Source: the human T2T-CHM13v2.0 reference genome, Homo sapiens
Assembly: GCF_009914755.1 (NCBI RefSeq)
Contig: NC_060931.1
Reading direction: 5' to 3' (one strand)
DNA length: 64,000 nt
Under the pieces are notes generated by a model. That model searched no databases. It had not been told where the DNA came from and saw nothing but the letters and a program-made list of their open reading frames with translations. Shown one piece after another: positions 1 through 28,434 of the stretch. Each line of letters begins with the position of its first letter. The first letter of the stretch is position 1. The translations under genes and the position numbers were made by a program.

Positions 1-111
1 GTGTCTCCCCCTGTAAACTAGCCTGCACAGCTCTTCCTGTGAGTGCCACAAGACCAGACACACAGTAGGAGCTTAACAATTAAGACTTTTGGGGCCGGGC
101 ATGGTGGCTCA

Positions 112-450
<339 letters not shown>

Positions 451-827
451 TCAGAAGACAGGGCCTAGCCAGGTGCAGTGGCTCACACCTGTAATGTCAG
501 CACTTTGGGAGGCCGAGGCAGGTGGATCACCTGAGGTCAGGAGTTCGCGACCAGCCTGGCCAACATGGTGAAACCTGTCTCTACTAAAAATACAAAAATT
601 AGCCAGGCGTGGTGGTGGGTGCCTGTAATCCCAGCTGCTCAGGAGGCTGAGGCAGGAGAACCGCTTGAACCCAGGAGATGGAGGTTGCAGTGAGCCGGGA
701 TCGCGCCACTGCACTCCAGCCCAGGCGAAGGAGTGAGACTCTGCCTCAAGAAAAAAAAAAAAAAAAAAGACAGGGCCTGACAGGTGGCATTGGCATTCCT
801 GAGCCGTCATGTGCCTCATCTCCCCAG

Positions 828-866
828 GTATACCTCCAGCTGCAGCCGCTAAAGCAGCTAAATACG
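828..866 (+). CDS. ELN: Elastin exon 31 (KA cross-linking domain, (G)[12 protein letters not shown])
   Basis: Acceptor tccccag|G at 826-828 and donor G|gtgagt at 867; 39 nt, phase 1-1. Translation matches the tropoelastin AAAKAAKY motif. Confidence 0.97.
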
Positions 867-1077
867 GTGAGTTCCCCTCTGATGCCTTCCTGCCAGTGGC
901 CTGCACCCCCTGCCATGCCCATCGCCACCCTCCCCCAGCCCAGCTCAGGCCTCCCTCTGGCTCCCCCTACCCCTGAAGATCTTGTCTGGGACATTCCTTA
1001 ACCCAGAACCCAGCAGGGATATCAGGGCCTCTTCCCGATGGGGGTGTCTTATCCTGACCCCACCTGCCTCTTCTCAG

Positions 1078-1131
1078 GTGCTGCTGGCCTTGGAGGTGTC
1101 CTAGGGGGTGCCGGGCAGTTCCCACTTGGAG
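1078..1131 (+). CDS. ELN: Elastin exon 32 (hydrophobic GAAGLGGVLGGAGQFPLG; alternatively spliced)
   Basis: Acceptor ttctcag| and non-consensus donor |gtaggg; 54 nt, phase 1-1; recognised tropoelastin sequence. Confidence 0.96.
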
Positions 1132-1468
1132 GTAGGGGTGGCCAGCTCTGCTACGTAGTCCTCAGCTCTGTCCCGATCTAGAGGGGGCCTGTCCATCTAG
1201 CAGTGGGGACTCCCAGAGCCCATGTCCACACAAGGACAGGAGACTGGGGCTGGTGAGGGCACTTTAGGATTGCAGATGTACTGGGCAAACGGGCAAGCTA
1301 TAAGGTTGGGGACAGTGCCAGGCTGAGCTCAGGGTTGAGGCCATGAGGTGCCACACCTGGTTGCTAGGTGGCGGCATGTTGTGTTGAGAAAGCCACTCTG
1401 GCTGTAGTGAGGGGGATTGGCTGGGCGTGGTGGCTCACGCCTGTAATCCCAGCACTTTGGGAGGCCTA

Positions 1469-1732
<264 letters not shown>

Positions 1733-1865
1733 TTATATAGTGGGGGGGATGGAGAGGAGGTGATCCCAGACAGAGGTCTTGGGTGAGCCAGTGCAGGCAG
1801 AAAGTGATGAGGCTGGAGTCAGTTTCCACCCCTACCAACCCACCAACCTGAAATCTCTCCTGCAG

Positions 1866-1910
1866 GAGTGGCAGCAAGACCTGGCTTCGGATTGTCTCCC
1901 ATTTTCCCAG
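1866..1910 (+). CDS. ELN: Elastin exon 33 ([15 protein letters not shown])
   Basis: Acceptor ctcctgcag| and donor |gtatgc; 45 nt, phase 1-1. Confidence 0.97.
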
Positions 1911-2136
1911 GTATGCCAGGCTCCCTGCCCCTGGGCCCTGCCCTGGAGCTGCAGCCACCTCCTCCCTCCTCTCCTGTGCCATCTCCTGCTCAGAAGGGCT
2001 GAGCCAGCACCCAGGGGTGGACCCCACAGCCTCAGGTCACACGAGGCTGGACCCCGAGCTGAATGTAGAGCCTCCCCTCCTTCTTGCTGACCTCTTATAA
2101 ACACAGGGAACATTTGCTTTTTAAAAACACAGTTCA

Positions 2137-3204
<1,068 letters not shown>

Positions 3205-3284
3205 CTACTAGACAATGGTGCCTTACCTAATACAGACTGATGCCTTGAAACAGGGTTCACCCATCAGACTATTCCCAGGAGGGG

Positions 3285-3385
3285 GTAGGAATCCTGGGTT
3301 TGAGTCCCAGCTCAGACACTATGTGGATAAGACCCTCTCTCCCTCTACTGGGCCTTGATTTACTTATCTGATGCCCTCTCAGATG
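3285..3385. mobile_element. MIR fragment
   Basis: cctgggtttgagtcccagctc...ccctctactgggccttgatttacttatctg resembles the MIR core. Confidence 0.6.
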
Positions 3386-3791
3386 TATGGGTCCACCCCA
3401 CTCCCTGAGAGGGCCGTCTCCTGCAGACACTGACTCTCCCTTCATCCCATGTTCCTTGATGGAGCTGCTCTTAGCCTTTCCCCGAAAGGCTTCTTGGAGC
3501 AGTGGAGCCAGGAGCCAGTGCCAGGCCCCGTCCTTCCCCAGCCAGGCCCCATGACCTGCCCCCTTTTCTGCGAGCGTTGGTTTCATCCAAGTAATATCTT
3601 GGGGGCTTCTCCCGCCCCATCTGTCCAGTGGAAGTTGATGGCATGGATCAGGTCTGAGTTTGGCCTGGGGCCATGACTTGGCTTCTCTTGGCTTCTTGGA
3701 GCCTCCATTCGAGTGGGTCAGAGCAGGCGGGGATTAGAGCCGAAACTGAGAGGGGCCGGACTCACAGTGATGTGCACCTCCTCCCGTCCAG

Positions 3792-3835
3792 GTGGGGCCT
3801 GCCTGGGGAAAGCTTGTGGCCGGAAGAGAAAATGA
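3792..3835 (+). CDS. ELN: Elastin terminal coding exon (domain 36: GGACLGKACGRKRK*)
   Basis: Acceptor cgtccag|; encodes the hallmark two-cysteine/RKRK C-terminus; TGA at 3833-3835. Confidence 0.98.
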
Positions 3836-3872
3836 GCTTCCTAGGACCCCTGACTCACGACCTCATCAACGT

Positions 3873-4151
3873 TGGTGCTACTGCTTGGTGGAGAATGTAA
3901 ACCCTTTGTAACCCCATCCCATGCCCCTCCGACTCCCCACCCCAGGAGGGAACGGGCAGGCCGGGCGGCCTTGCAGATCCACAGGGCAAGGAAACAAGAG
4001 GGGAGCGGCCAAGTGCCCCGACCAGGAGGCCCCCTACTTCAGAGGCAAGGGCCATGTGGTCCTGGCCCCCCACCCCATCCCTTCCCACCTAGGAGCTCCC
4101 CCTCCACACAGCCTCCATCTCCAGGGGAACTTGGTGCTACACGCTGGTGCT
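3873..4151 (+). promoter_or_regulatory. Three miR-29 seed sites in the ELN 3'UTR
   Basis: TGGTGCTA at 3873-3880 and 4132-4139 (8mers) and TGGTGCT at 4145-4151 (7mer-m8). ELN is an established miR-29 target. Confidence 0.85.
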
Positions 4152-4786
4152 CTTATCTTCCTGGGGGGAGGGAGGAGGGAAGGGTGGCCCCTCGGGGAAC
4201 CCCCTACCTGGGGCTCCTCTAAAGATGGTGCAGACACTTCCTGGGCAGTCCCAGCTCCCCCTGCCCACCAGGACCCACCGTTGGCTGCCATCCAGTTGGT
4301 ACCCAAGCACCTGAAGCCTCAAAGCTGGATTCGCTCTAGCATCCCTCCTCTCCTGGGTCCACTTGGCCGTCTCCTCCCCACCGATCGCTGTTCCCCACAT
4401 CTGGGGCGCTTTTGGGTTGGAAAACCACCCCACACTGGGAATAGCCACCTTGCCCTTGTAGAATCCATCCGCCCATCCGTCCATTCATCCATCGGTCCGT
4501 CCATCCATGTCCCCAGTTGACCGCCCGGCACCACTAGCTGGCTGGGTGCACCCACCATCAACCTGGTTGACCTGTCATGGCCGCCTGTGCCCTGCCTCCA
4601 CCCCCATCCTACACTCCCCCAGGGCGTGCGGGGCTGTGCAGACTGGGGTGCCAGGCATCTCCTCCCCACCCGGGGTGTCCCCACATGCAGTACTGTATAC
4701 CCCCCATCCCTCCCTCGGTCCACTGAACTTCAGAGCAGTTCCCATTCCTGCCCCGCCCATCTTTTTGTGTCTCGCTGTGATAGATC

Positions 4787-4792
4787 AATAAA
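4787..4792 (+). terminator. ELN proximal polyadenylation signal
   Basis: AATAAA followed by U/GU-rich sequence (ttttatttttttgtcc...ttgattgttg). Confidence 0.65.
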
Positions 4793-5016
4793 TATTTTAT
4801 TTTTTGTCCTGGATATTTGGGGATTATTTTTGATTGTTGATATTCTCTTTTGGTTTTATTGTTGTGGTTCATTGAAAAAAAAAGATAATTTTTTTTTCTG
4901 ATCCGGGGAGCTGTATCCCCAGTAGAAAAAACATTTTAATCACTCTAATATAACTCTGGATGAAACACACCTTTTTTTTTAATAAGAAAAGAGAATTAAC
5001 TGCTTCAGAAATGACT

Positions 5017-5022
5017 AATAAA
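5017..5022 (+). terminator. ELN distal polyadenylation signal
   Basis: AATAAA in AU-rich context; GU-rich ctgtgtctt ~20 nt downstream. Confidence 0.75.
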
Positions 5023-5224
5023 TGAAAAACCTTTAAAGGAAACTGTGTCTTAGCTTCCTTCGTATGATTTAATCTGCCTTCAACTCGCTGGCCTGGATGG
5101 GGATAAGGGCTCTGCTTCAGGGAACCTCCACCACCCACAGTGTATTTGAGAGGTTGCCCAACCAAAAGCCCCTGCTGCTGGCTTCTGGGGCATCGATCTT
5201 TCTCCAAGTTTGGCTTGTACTTTA

Positions 5225-5518
<294 letters not shown>

Positions 5519-6304
5519 CTAAGAAAATGCAGAAGACAGTCAAAGGTAACCATTTTCCTCCGAAACAGTCCCCTCTGAGGAAGACCCACTCTCATGCGTG
5601 GCCATGTAAGGCCATTTGGCTTGAGAAGTTTAAGAAGTGATACCCAGCAGCAGGTTCAGCTCCACCCTTACTCAGATGCACCCATTCCCATTCTGGCCCT
5701 TCCTCCTCCCCTTGAGGCCAGAAATCCGTGGGGCCCGGGAATGTGTTCACCTGCAGCCCACATCCCTACCTCTAGACCACGCTCTGGATACCAGATACTG
5801 GAATTCCCTTCCCCAACCACCAAGCCCACTTCCAGGGCTCACTCAGCCTCAGGCCTGTGCCACCCTCCTGAGAGCGGGCCCCGTGCTGAGTGTGCACACC
5901 TCTAAGCCAGAAATGTGGCAACAGAGCTGTTCGTGGGGAGTGTGGGTGGGGCTCACCATGCAGACTGGAGCATATGTGGGTTTGCATACGAGGATCCTTG
6001 CGATCCCAGAAGGAGCTGGGAGGGAAAGAGAAAGCTGGTGGAGGGTATGCTCAGAGAGAGCTTCCCAGAGGACAGTAAAGGGCAAAAAACATTTTACCAG
6101 GCAAAGAATAGAACAGAGAGGAGGGTCAGGCCTTTCAGGCAGAGGACAGGACAACTAGATGTCTGGTAGGAGAGGGCAGTGCTGAGGACTTATGGAGGAT
6201 GATCAGGAGGGGGTGAGCGGCGTGGTTCAAGGAGATGCACAAGAGGGTTGCTGTAATAATCCAGGGAGGGGTGACACAGCCTGCCCTAGAGTGGTGACAA
6301 AGTA

Positions 6305-6512
6305 GATCCATCCATCCATCCATCCACCCATCCACCCACCCATCTGTCCACCTACCCACCCATCAACCCACCCATCCACCCACCCACCCAACCATTCTTC
6401 CATCCATCCATGTCTCCTTCCACCCATCCACCCACCCACCCATCTATCCACCCACCCATCCATCCATCCATCTATCCACCCATCCATCCACCCACCAGTC
6501 CATCCATCCATT
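6305..6512. repeat. Degenerate (CCAT/CCAC)n tetranucleotide repeat
   Basis: About 200 nt of tccatccatccacccacccatcc... seen directly. Confidence 0.95.
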
Positions 6513-6634
6513 CATTACTTCACTCGACAAAAATATCCATTGCTGGTTTTTCCTCAGGTCTCCGGCCTCTAAAAGTCAGTAAGCCCCAGCATTCAGGCCT
6601 GTGGACTCCCTGTCTTGGTTTCTCATAGCTTGCG

Positions 6635-9555
<2,921 letters not shown>

Positions 9556-9559
9556 TTTT

Positions 9560-9768
9560 TTTAAAGACCCTATCTCCAAATACAGTCATATTCTGCAGTA
9601 TTGGAGTAAATGCTTCAAGATATAAATTTTGAGGAGACACAGTTCCACCCCTAAGAGTTACCTCATGGAAAAAGGGTCTTTGTAGTTGTGATTAAGTCAA
9701 GGATCTTGAGAGATAGGGAGATTATCCTGCTGGGCCCTAAATGCTACATAGGTATTCTTATGAGAAGC
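9560..9768. mobile_element. MLT1 (ERVL-MaLR) LTR fragments
   Basis: aaagaccctatctccaaatacagtcatattctg (reverse) followed by gggtctttgtagttgtgattaagtcaaggatcttgagatagggagattatcctg (forward MLT1 5' part). Confidence 0.7.
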
Positions 9769-9930
9769 TGGGGCTGGGCACAATGGCTCACACCTATCAT
9801 CCCAACACTTTGGGAGGCCAAAGCAGGAGGATCACTTAAGCCAGGAGGTCAAGGCTGCAGTGAGCTATGATTGTGCCACTGCACTCCAATCTGGGTGACA
9901 GAGTAAGACCCTATCTGAGGAAAAAAAAAA

Positions 9931-12905
<2,975 letters not shown>

Positions 12906-12934
12906 GCAGATTGATTTCAGGATTGATTTCCAAC

Positions 12935-13042
12935 AATCTGATTTCAGACTTCTGGCCTCCAGAACTGTGAGAAAATAAATGTCTTGTTTTCAGCCACCAA
13001 GTTTCTGGTAATTTGTCATAGCAGCCAGGGGAAACTGATATA
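12935..13042 (+). mobile_element. MLT1 LTR 3' part
   Basis: atttcagacttctggcctccagaactgtgagaaaataaat...gtaatttgtcatagcagcc...aaactgata is the typical MLT1 3' end. Confidence 0.8.
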
Positions 13043-13171
13043 GTACAGTGAATAAGTAATAACTCTAATGCCAGGTAAATCGGTGCTATGAAGATAAAAA
13101 GCCCGGGAGGAGAGTTACAAGGAATGTTATCACCCTAACTTAGGATGGTTAATGGACCTGGCCTCAAGTCA

Positions 13172-18046
<4,875 letters not shown>

Positions 18047-18167
18047 CTAGCGCTGCCTCTTGTTCACTGGGTTCACGTGGGCACGTGGCTCCACTCCGGT
18101 CACTGCTTCCTGGGCAGAGGGATGACGTGGAAGGTAGACCTAGGGGGGACAGGGTTGCTTCCTGCCC

Positions 18168-18312
18168 ATGTCCAGCATTCTAGAATTGTCCACATCTAGG
18201 CAGGGCGTTCCACCATCAGTGCTGGACTGGACCACCCAATTCCTTTGGACGCTTGACTCAGCCCAAACCCGTGCTCCCTCCAGGACCCTGGGCAGGGCAG
18301 CCCCAGCTCCAG
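18168..18312 (+). CDS. LIMK1: Putative upstream alternative first coding exon of LIMK1 (MSSILELSTSRQGVPPSVLDWTTQFLWTLDSAQTRAPSRTLGRAAPAP)
   Basis: cccATG at 18168, 48 open codons + G, donor CAG|gtaatc. Phase 1 matches exon 2, predicting a 677-aa protein. Confidence 0.6.
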
Positions 18313-18379
18313 GTAATCGGCACTGAGAAGAGTACACCTGTCACCGCCTGGCAGGGGCTCGCTCCTTTCTCTGGTGCTG

Positions 18380-19750
18380 CTCATTCGCGAGGCCTGAGAC
18401 GCGGACCGTCACCTTCCCCGGGCCCAGCCTGGCCTCAATGCAGGCCTCAGAGAGAGGGACAAAACCCGGCCCGCCTCCCTCCCCTCCCCAAGGCGACCAC
18501 CAGTGTCCTGGGGGTCCACAGGGCCTCTCCGGCTCTGATCCGAGTTCCCGGCTGCAGCTGGTTTGGGTCTGTGGGGGCCTCGCGCAGGGAAGCGGAGGCC
18601 CCTTCTCTAGGCTCCTACATCCTCCTGGCCTGCCCCAGCAGAGCTAGCGGCCCTCCGAGACAGCTGGGCCTCGCAGCTCCCAGCCGAGGCCTGTCGCTGG
18701 GAGAAAGAAGAATGAATGAAGGGCGGAAGGGGCGGGGAGGGGCGGGGCGCGCCGCGCCAGCTCGCGGCGCCCCCAGGCCGGGCCGCAGCGGGGCGTGGCC
18801 TCTAGAGGCGTGGCCTTGGGCGTGGGGGCGGGGTTTTCTGGTGGGGGCGGGGCCGCGCAGGGCCGTTCCCGCCGCCGGCCGCCCGCGCCCCGCCCCCGTG
18901 CCGCAGCTCACAGGCCCCGCCTCGGTCCGCCCCTCCGCTCGCTCCCCAAGCCGCCGCGGCGCCGAGCCGGTTTCCCCGCCGGTGTCCGAGAGGCGCCCCC
19001 GGCCCGGCCCGGCCCGGCCCGCGCCCTCCGCCCCCGCCTCCCCGGGCCGGCGGCGGTGGGCGAGCTCGCGGGCCCGGCCGCCCCCAGCCCCAGCCCCGCC
19101 GGGCCCCGCCCCCCGTCGAGTGCATGAGGTTGACGCTACTTTGTTGCACCTGGAGGGAAGAACGTATGGGAGAGGAAGGTGCGCGGGCCGCGGGGTGTGG
19201 GGCGAGGGCCTGGAGGGGGTGCCCGGGGCAGCGTGGGGCACGGGAGGGGGCCGGGTCTGCCAGGAGGCCGCGCCCCTGCCTCCTCCGGGATGAGCTCGTC
19301 CTTACGAAGCCCGCAGGCCCCTCCCTGTCCCCCTCCCGCCCGGGATCCCCCTCCCCGGCCCCCGGCGAGCTGCCCTCCTGCGGGTCTGGGGGCCCCTGGA
19401 CCCTTTTTCCTCCTCCCACGTCCCCCCGCGAAGGACTCCCAGACACTGCCCACCCCGCGTCGGCCTCCATCCGCGTGCTCTGTCCACCACCCGGGCCTCG
19501 CCCTGGGGCCACCCTTTATCCAGTCTCGGAAGAAAGAGCGGCTGGGGAAGCCGCAGCCCCGGGTCCCAGTGGCCGCCGGGCGCCTGCCCGGCTCTGTGAC
19601 CTTGAGCCAGGCGCTGACTTCCTGGTCCTCAGTTTCCCCTTCTGTACATTTGGAAACTGGGTAGTTGCCCCCCCGGTGTCGGTGATTGGGGGCCAGATGG
19701 GTAGAGCGGAGATAGGCGTCCAGGAAGCCGGAGGCCGTGTACTGCGGGAG
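18380..19750. promoter_or_regulatory. LIMK1: LIMK1 CpG-island, TATA-less promoter (main TSS inferred near 18900-18970)
   Basis: Very high GC and CpG content; many GGGCGG/GGGCGTGG SP/KLF boxes at 18721-18900; surrounds exon 1. Confidence 0.92.
19124..19178 (+). CDS. LIMK1: LIMK1 exon 1 CDS (MRLTLLCCTWREERMGEE)
   Basis: ATG at 19124; donor G|gtgcgc; 55 nt; recognised LIMK1 N-terminus. Confidence 0.97.
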
Positions 19751-20200
19751 CCTCATCCACTCTCCCTGTCCGTGCCCCAAACCCGGTGCCTGCCCTCAGT
19801 CTTGGCTGGGAGCATGACTCATCCTAACCTCCTCTTTAGCCCCTTCTCCCTCACTGGGGCCCAAGGCGCAGTACTGCACTGCAGTTAGGGTTCAAGGACT
19901 CCCCCAGCCTAGGACAGGGTCTGGGGGCCCCTCCTTGGATCTCCTTCGCTGACCTGTCACTTAGATCCACCTGGCCCCAAGGCAGGGCCTGACTCCACAC
20001 CTCCCCCTGCCACCAACTCTTCCCAGGCCCATGAAAACCTGATTGGGGTAGGGGCCCACCTTCCTGTAGCCCCTGCCTACCTAAGGTACCTGCGTCTTCA
20101 CAGAGGGTCAGGCTGTTGTGGCCTTGGGACCTAGCTATGTGACTGGGCAAGCCATGCCATCTCTGGGGCTCAGTCTCCCCTTCTGTACAGTGGAGAGGGG
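19590..20200. mobile_element. Two MIR fragments in LIMK1 intron 1 (~19590-19660, ~20130-20200)
   Basis: ctgtgaccttgagc...cctcagtttcccc and tgtgactgggcaag...ctcagtctccccttctgta match MIR core motifs. Confidence 0.65.
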
Positions 20201-20880
20201 CAGGTCTGGGGCATTTTCCAGGGCCCACCAGCTCCAAGGGTGCCAGGCCCCAAGGATGACTAAGCATGCCTGTGGCTGGCTAGAGGAGGTGCCAGGCCTC
20301 CCTGGGACAGGTGTCTGGGAGTACCCAGCTCTGCAGCCCCTTCCCCTTGCCAAGCCAGGGCATTCATTGCCAAGGATCTGTTAGGGCCGGCACCTCCAGG
20401 CTTCCTGCCCTTGACCTCCCAGCTGGCTTCAGCCCAGGATGCACTAATCCAGCCCTGTCCAGTCCCTGCCTTTGAAGGGCCCTCTTAGTACTTCTTCCTG
20501 GGCAGGAGAGGGAAGAAAGGAGGCTGTGATAGGAATGTCACCCACTGCCTTATCCCTAAAGCCACTGCTTCCTTTCTCCTCATTTACCTTGCCAGATCCA
20601 ATGCTATAGCGGGAGGATGGACCTGATCCTCCTCCTAAGCTGATACATAGGGAAACAGGGCCAGAGAAGCTTGGCAACCTAGTCAGTATCTCTGCAAGAC
20701 TCAGGCCAGCGCCCTTTCTTCTCCTATTTGGCACAGCGACTGCCCTGCCTGGGCGCTGCACATGTGCAGTGTGCGAGGATTGGTGCAGGTGTAGGTATAT
20801 GTGGGGTGGGCAGGGCAAGCTGGGCCTGCACCAGATCACACTTCCTGAGAATGCTTCCCAACTCCCTTCCCACCCTGCAG

Positions 20881-20977
20881 GAAGCGAGTTGCCCGTGTGT
20901 GCAAGCTGCGGCCAGAGGATCTATGATGGCCAGTACCTCCAGGCCCTGAACGCGGACTGGCACGCAGACTGCTTCAG
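20881..20977 (+). CDS. LIMK1: LIMK1 exon 2 (first zinc finger of LIM1: CASC...HADC)
   Basis: cctgcag| ... |gtaggg; 97 nt; [33 protein letters not shown]. Confidence 0.98.
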
Positions 20978-21136
20978 GTAGGGTGGGGTGCCCAGGGCCT
21001 GTGTTGCCCTAAACAAGGCCTGCCAGAGAGGACAGGCTGGTCAAGGAATGGGGGAGGCCGGGATATGCCTCCTGGTGCCGTCCCCTATTGTGACTTCGTG
21101 GCCTTAATTTACCATTTATGACATGAGGTGTTTTGA

Positions 21137-27400
<6,264 letters not shown>

Positions 27401-28384
27401 AGCTGTGCATCTTTGAATGTCATAACCTGAGCATCTGAGAGCTGCTCCTGTCCCCTGGCCCCTGCTCTTGAGGAAGTCCCACGCTGATAGGACAGACAGG
27501 GTCATAAGTGCTGTGATGGGGGCCTGCAGGCTGCTGGAGGGCTCAGCCGGGACCAGATGCTGCCCCTCTTTGTAGAGTGGGACAATTGCTGCAGGCCCAT
27601 GGGACCTCTGGTATTAGCCCTGAGGGTTGTCACTCCGGGGCCTGCCCCTTTCTGTGTTCTGACCTCCCAGCCCCTTGCAGGCCCCGCCTCCCGGAAGGTT
27701 ATGACCAGGCTTGGACTGGTCCAGGCTTCCCTTTGGCTCACATACTGCCTCTGCGAGGTCCCCTCCAGGAAGCCTCCTGTGCACAACCCCCAGGGCTGCC
27801 GCATCCCTGGTAGCATCTCCTTGGCAGCTGGGTGGGCTGGCCCTGGGCAAGGAGGGCTGAGCATGCTGCTGGCCTGTGGGGTTGGAGCAGCGGCGGGATG
27901 CAACCTCCCTTTCTTCAGGGGACCTTTTTGGCGAAGACAAACTGTCCATAGGAAGTCGACCTCTGTTCCCTTGGGGGCAGCAGTGGAAGAGGCAGCTGCT
28001 TTTGAGCTTGTCCCTGTCCCCAGAGAAGCCTGAGGCCTTCAGTGCCGTTGCCAGGGCCGAGGCTGAGGAGCCTACAGCGTGTGTTCAGGACTGAGGGCCA
28101 GGGACGGGCCACAGGCTCCCTGCCTGGGGTCCAAGCCTAGATCGCTCGCTCCCCACCCGCACCAAAGCCCAGGCAAAGGGTGCTTCAGCCACTTCCTGTT
28201 GCAGGCTCAGACCAAGTCCCCTGGCACCCACGCGGCTGCAGCCTCCTCCTGTGCGCTGCAGCCACGCTGGCCCCACCCTCTGCAGCCTCCAATCCTGAGC
28301 CCCTGAGGGAGGATGGGGAAGCAGCTGGTCTGGCCACCCCTGCCCTCCCTTAGACCTCCAGAGCCCCCAGTGTAGCCACAGAGG

Positions 28385-28434
28385 ATGCTGTTGGCTTCAG
28401 CCCCAAGAAGACGCCGCTTCCTCCAGAGGGCTAA
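28385..28434 (+). CDS. LIMK1: LIMK1 internal alternative first coding exon (MLLASAPRRRRFLQRAK)
   Basis: aggATG at 28385 and consensus donor AA|gtaagt. Phase 2 matches exon 3, predicting 613 aa. Matches my recollection of an annotated isoform; too short for the ORF track. Confidence 0.85.

Larger units (their letters stand above)
3836..5040 (+). other. ELN: ELN 3'UTR (3' end approximate)
   Basis: Follows the stop codon; Alu-free; miR-29 seed matches; AATAAA at 4787-4792 and 5017-5022. Confidence 0.9.

Noticed and set aside
3470-3530. Faint resemblance (ccccgaaagg...ttggagc) to the lost ELN exon 35 (KPPKP...GALG)
   Set aside because: No usable splice sites or conserved frame; similarity is at chance level by eye.
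3921-4520. 199-aa ORF in the ELN 3'UTR
   Set aside because: No domain similarity; GC-rich UTR downstream of the true stop codon.
6135-6628. MDGW-repeat and HPSI-repeat ORFs
   Set aside because: Translations of the (CCAT/CCAC)n repeat.
18253-19888. Long overlapping ORFs on both strands (346, 254, 236, 214, 208 aa)
   Set aside because: Stop-poor CpG-island sequence giving Pro/Arg/Gly/Ala low-complexity products. Only the first 18 codons of 19124..19888 are real (exon 1).
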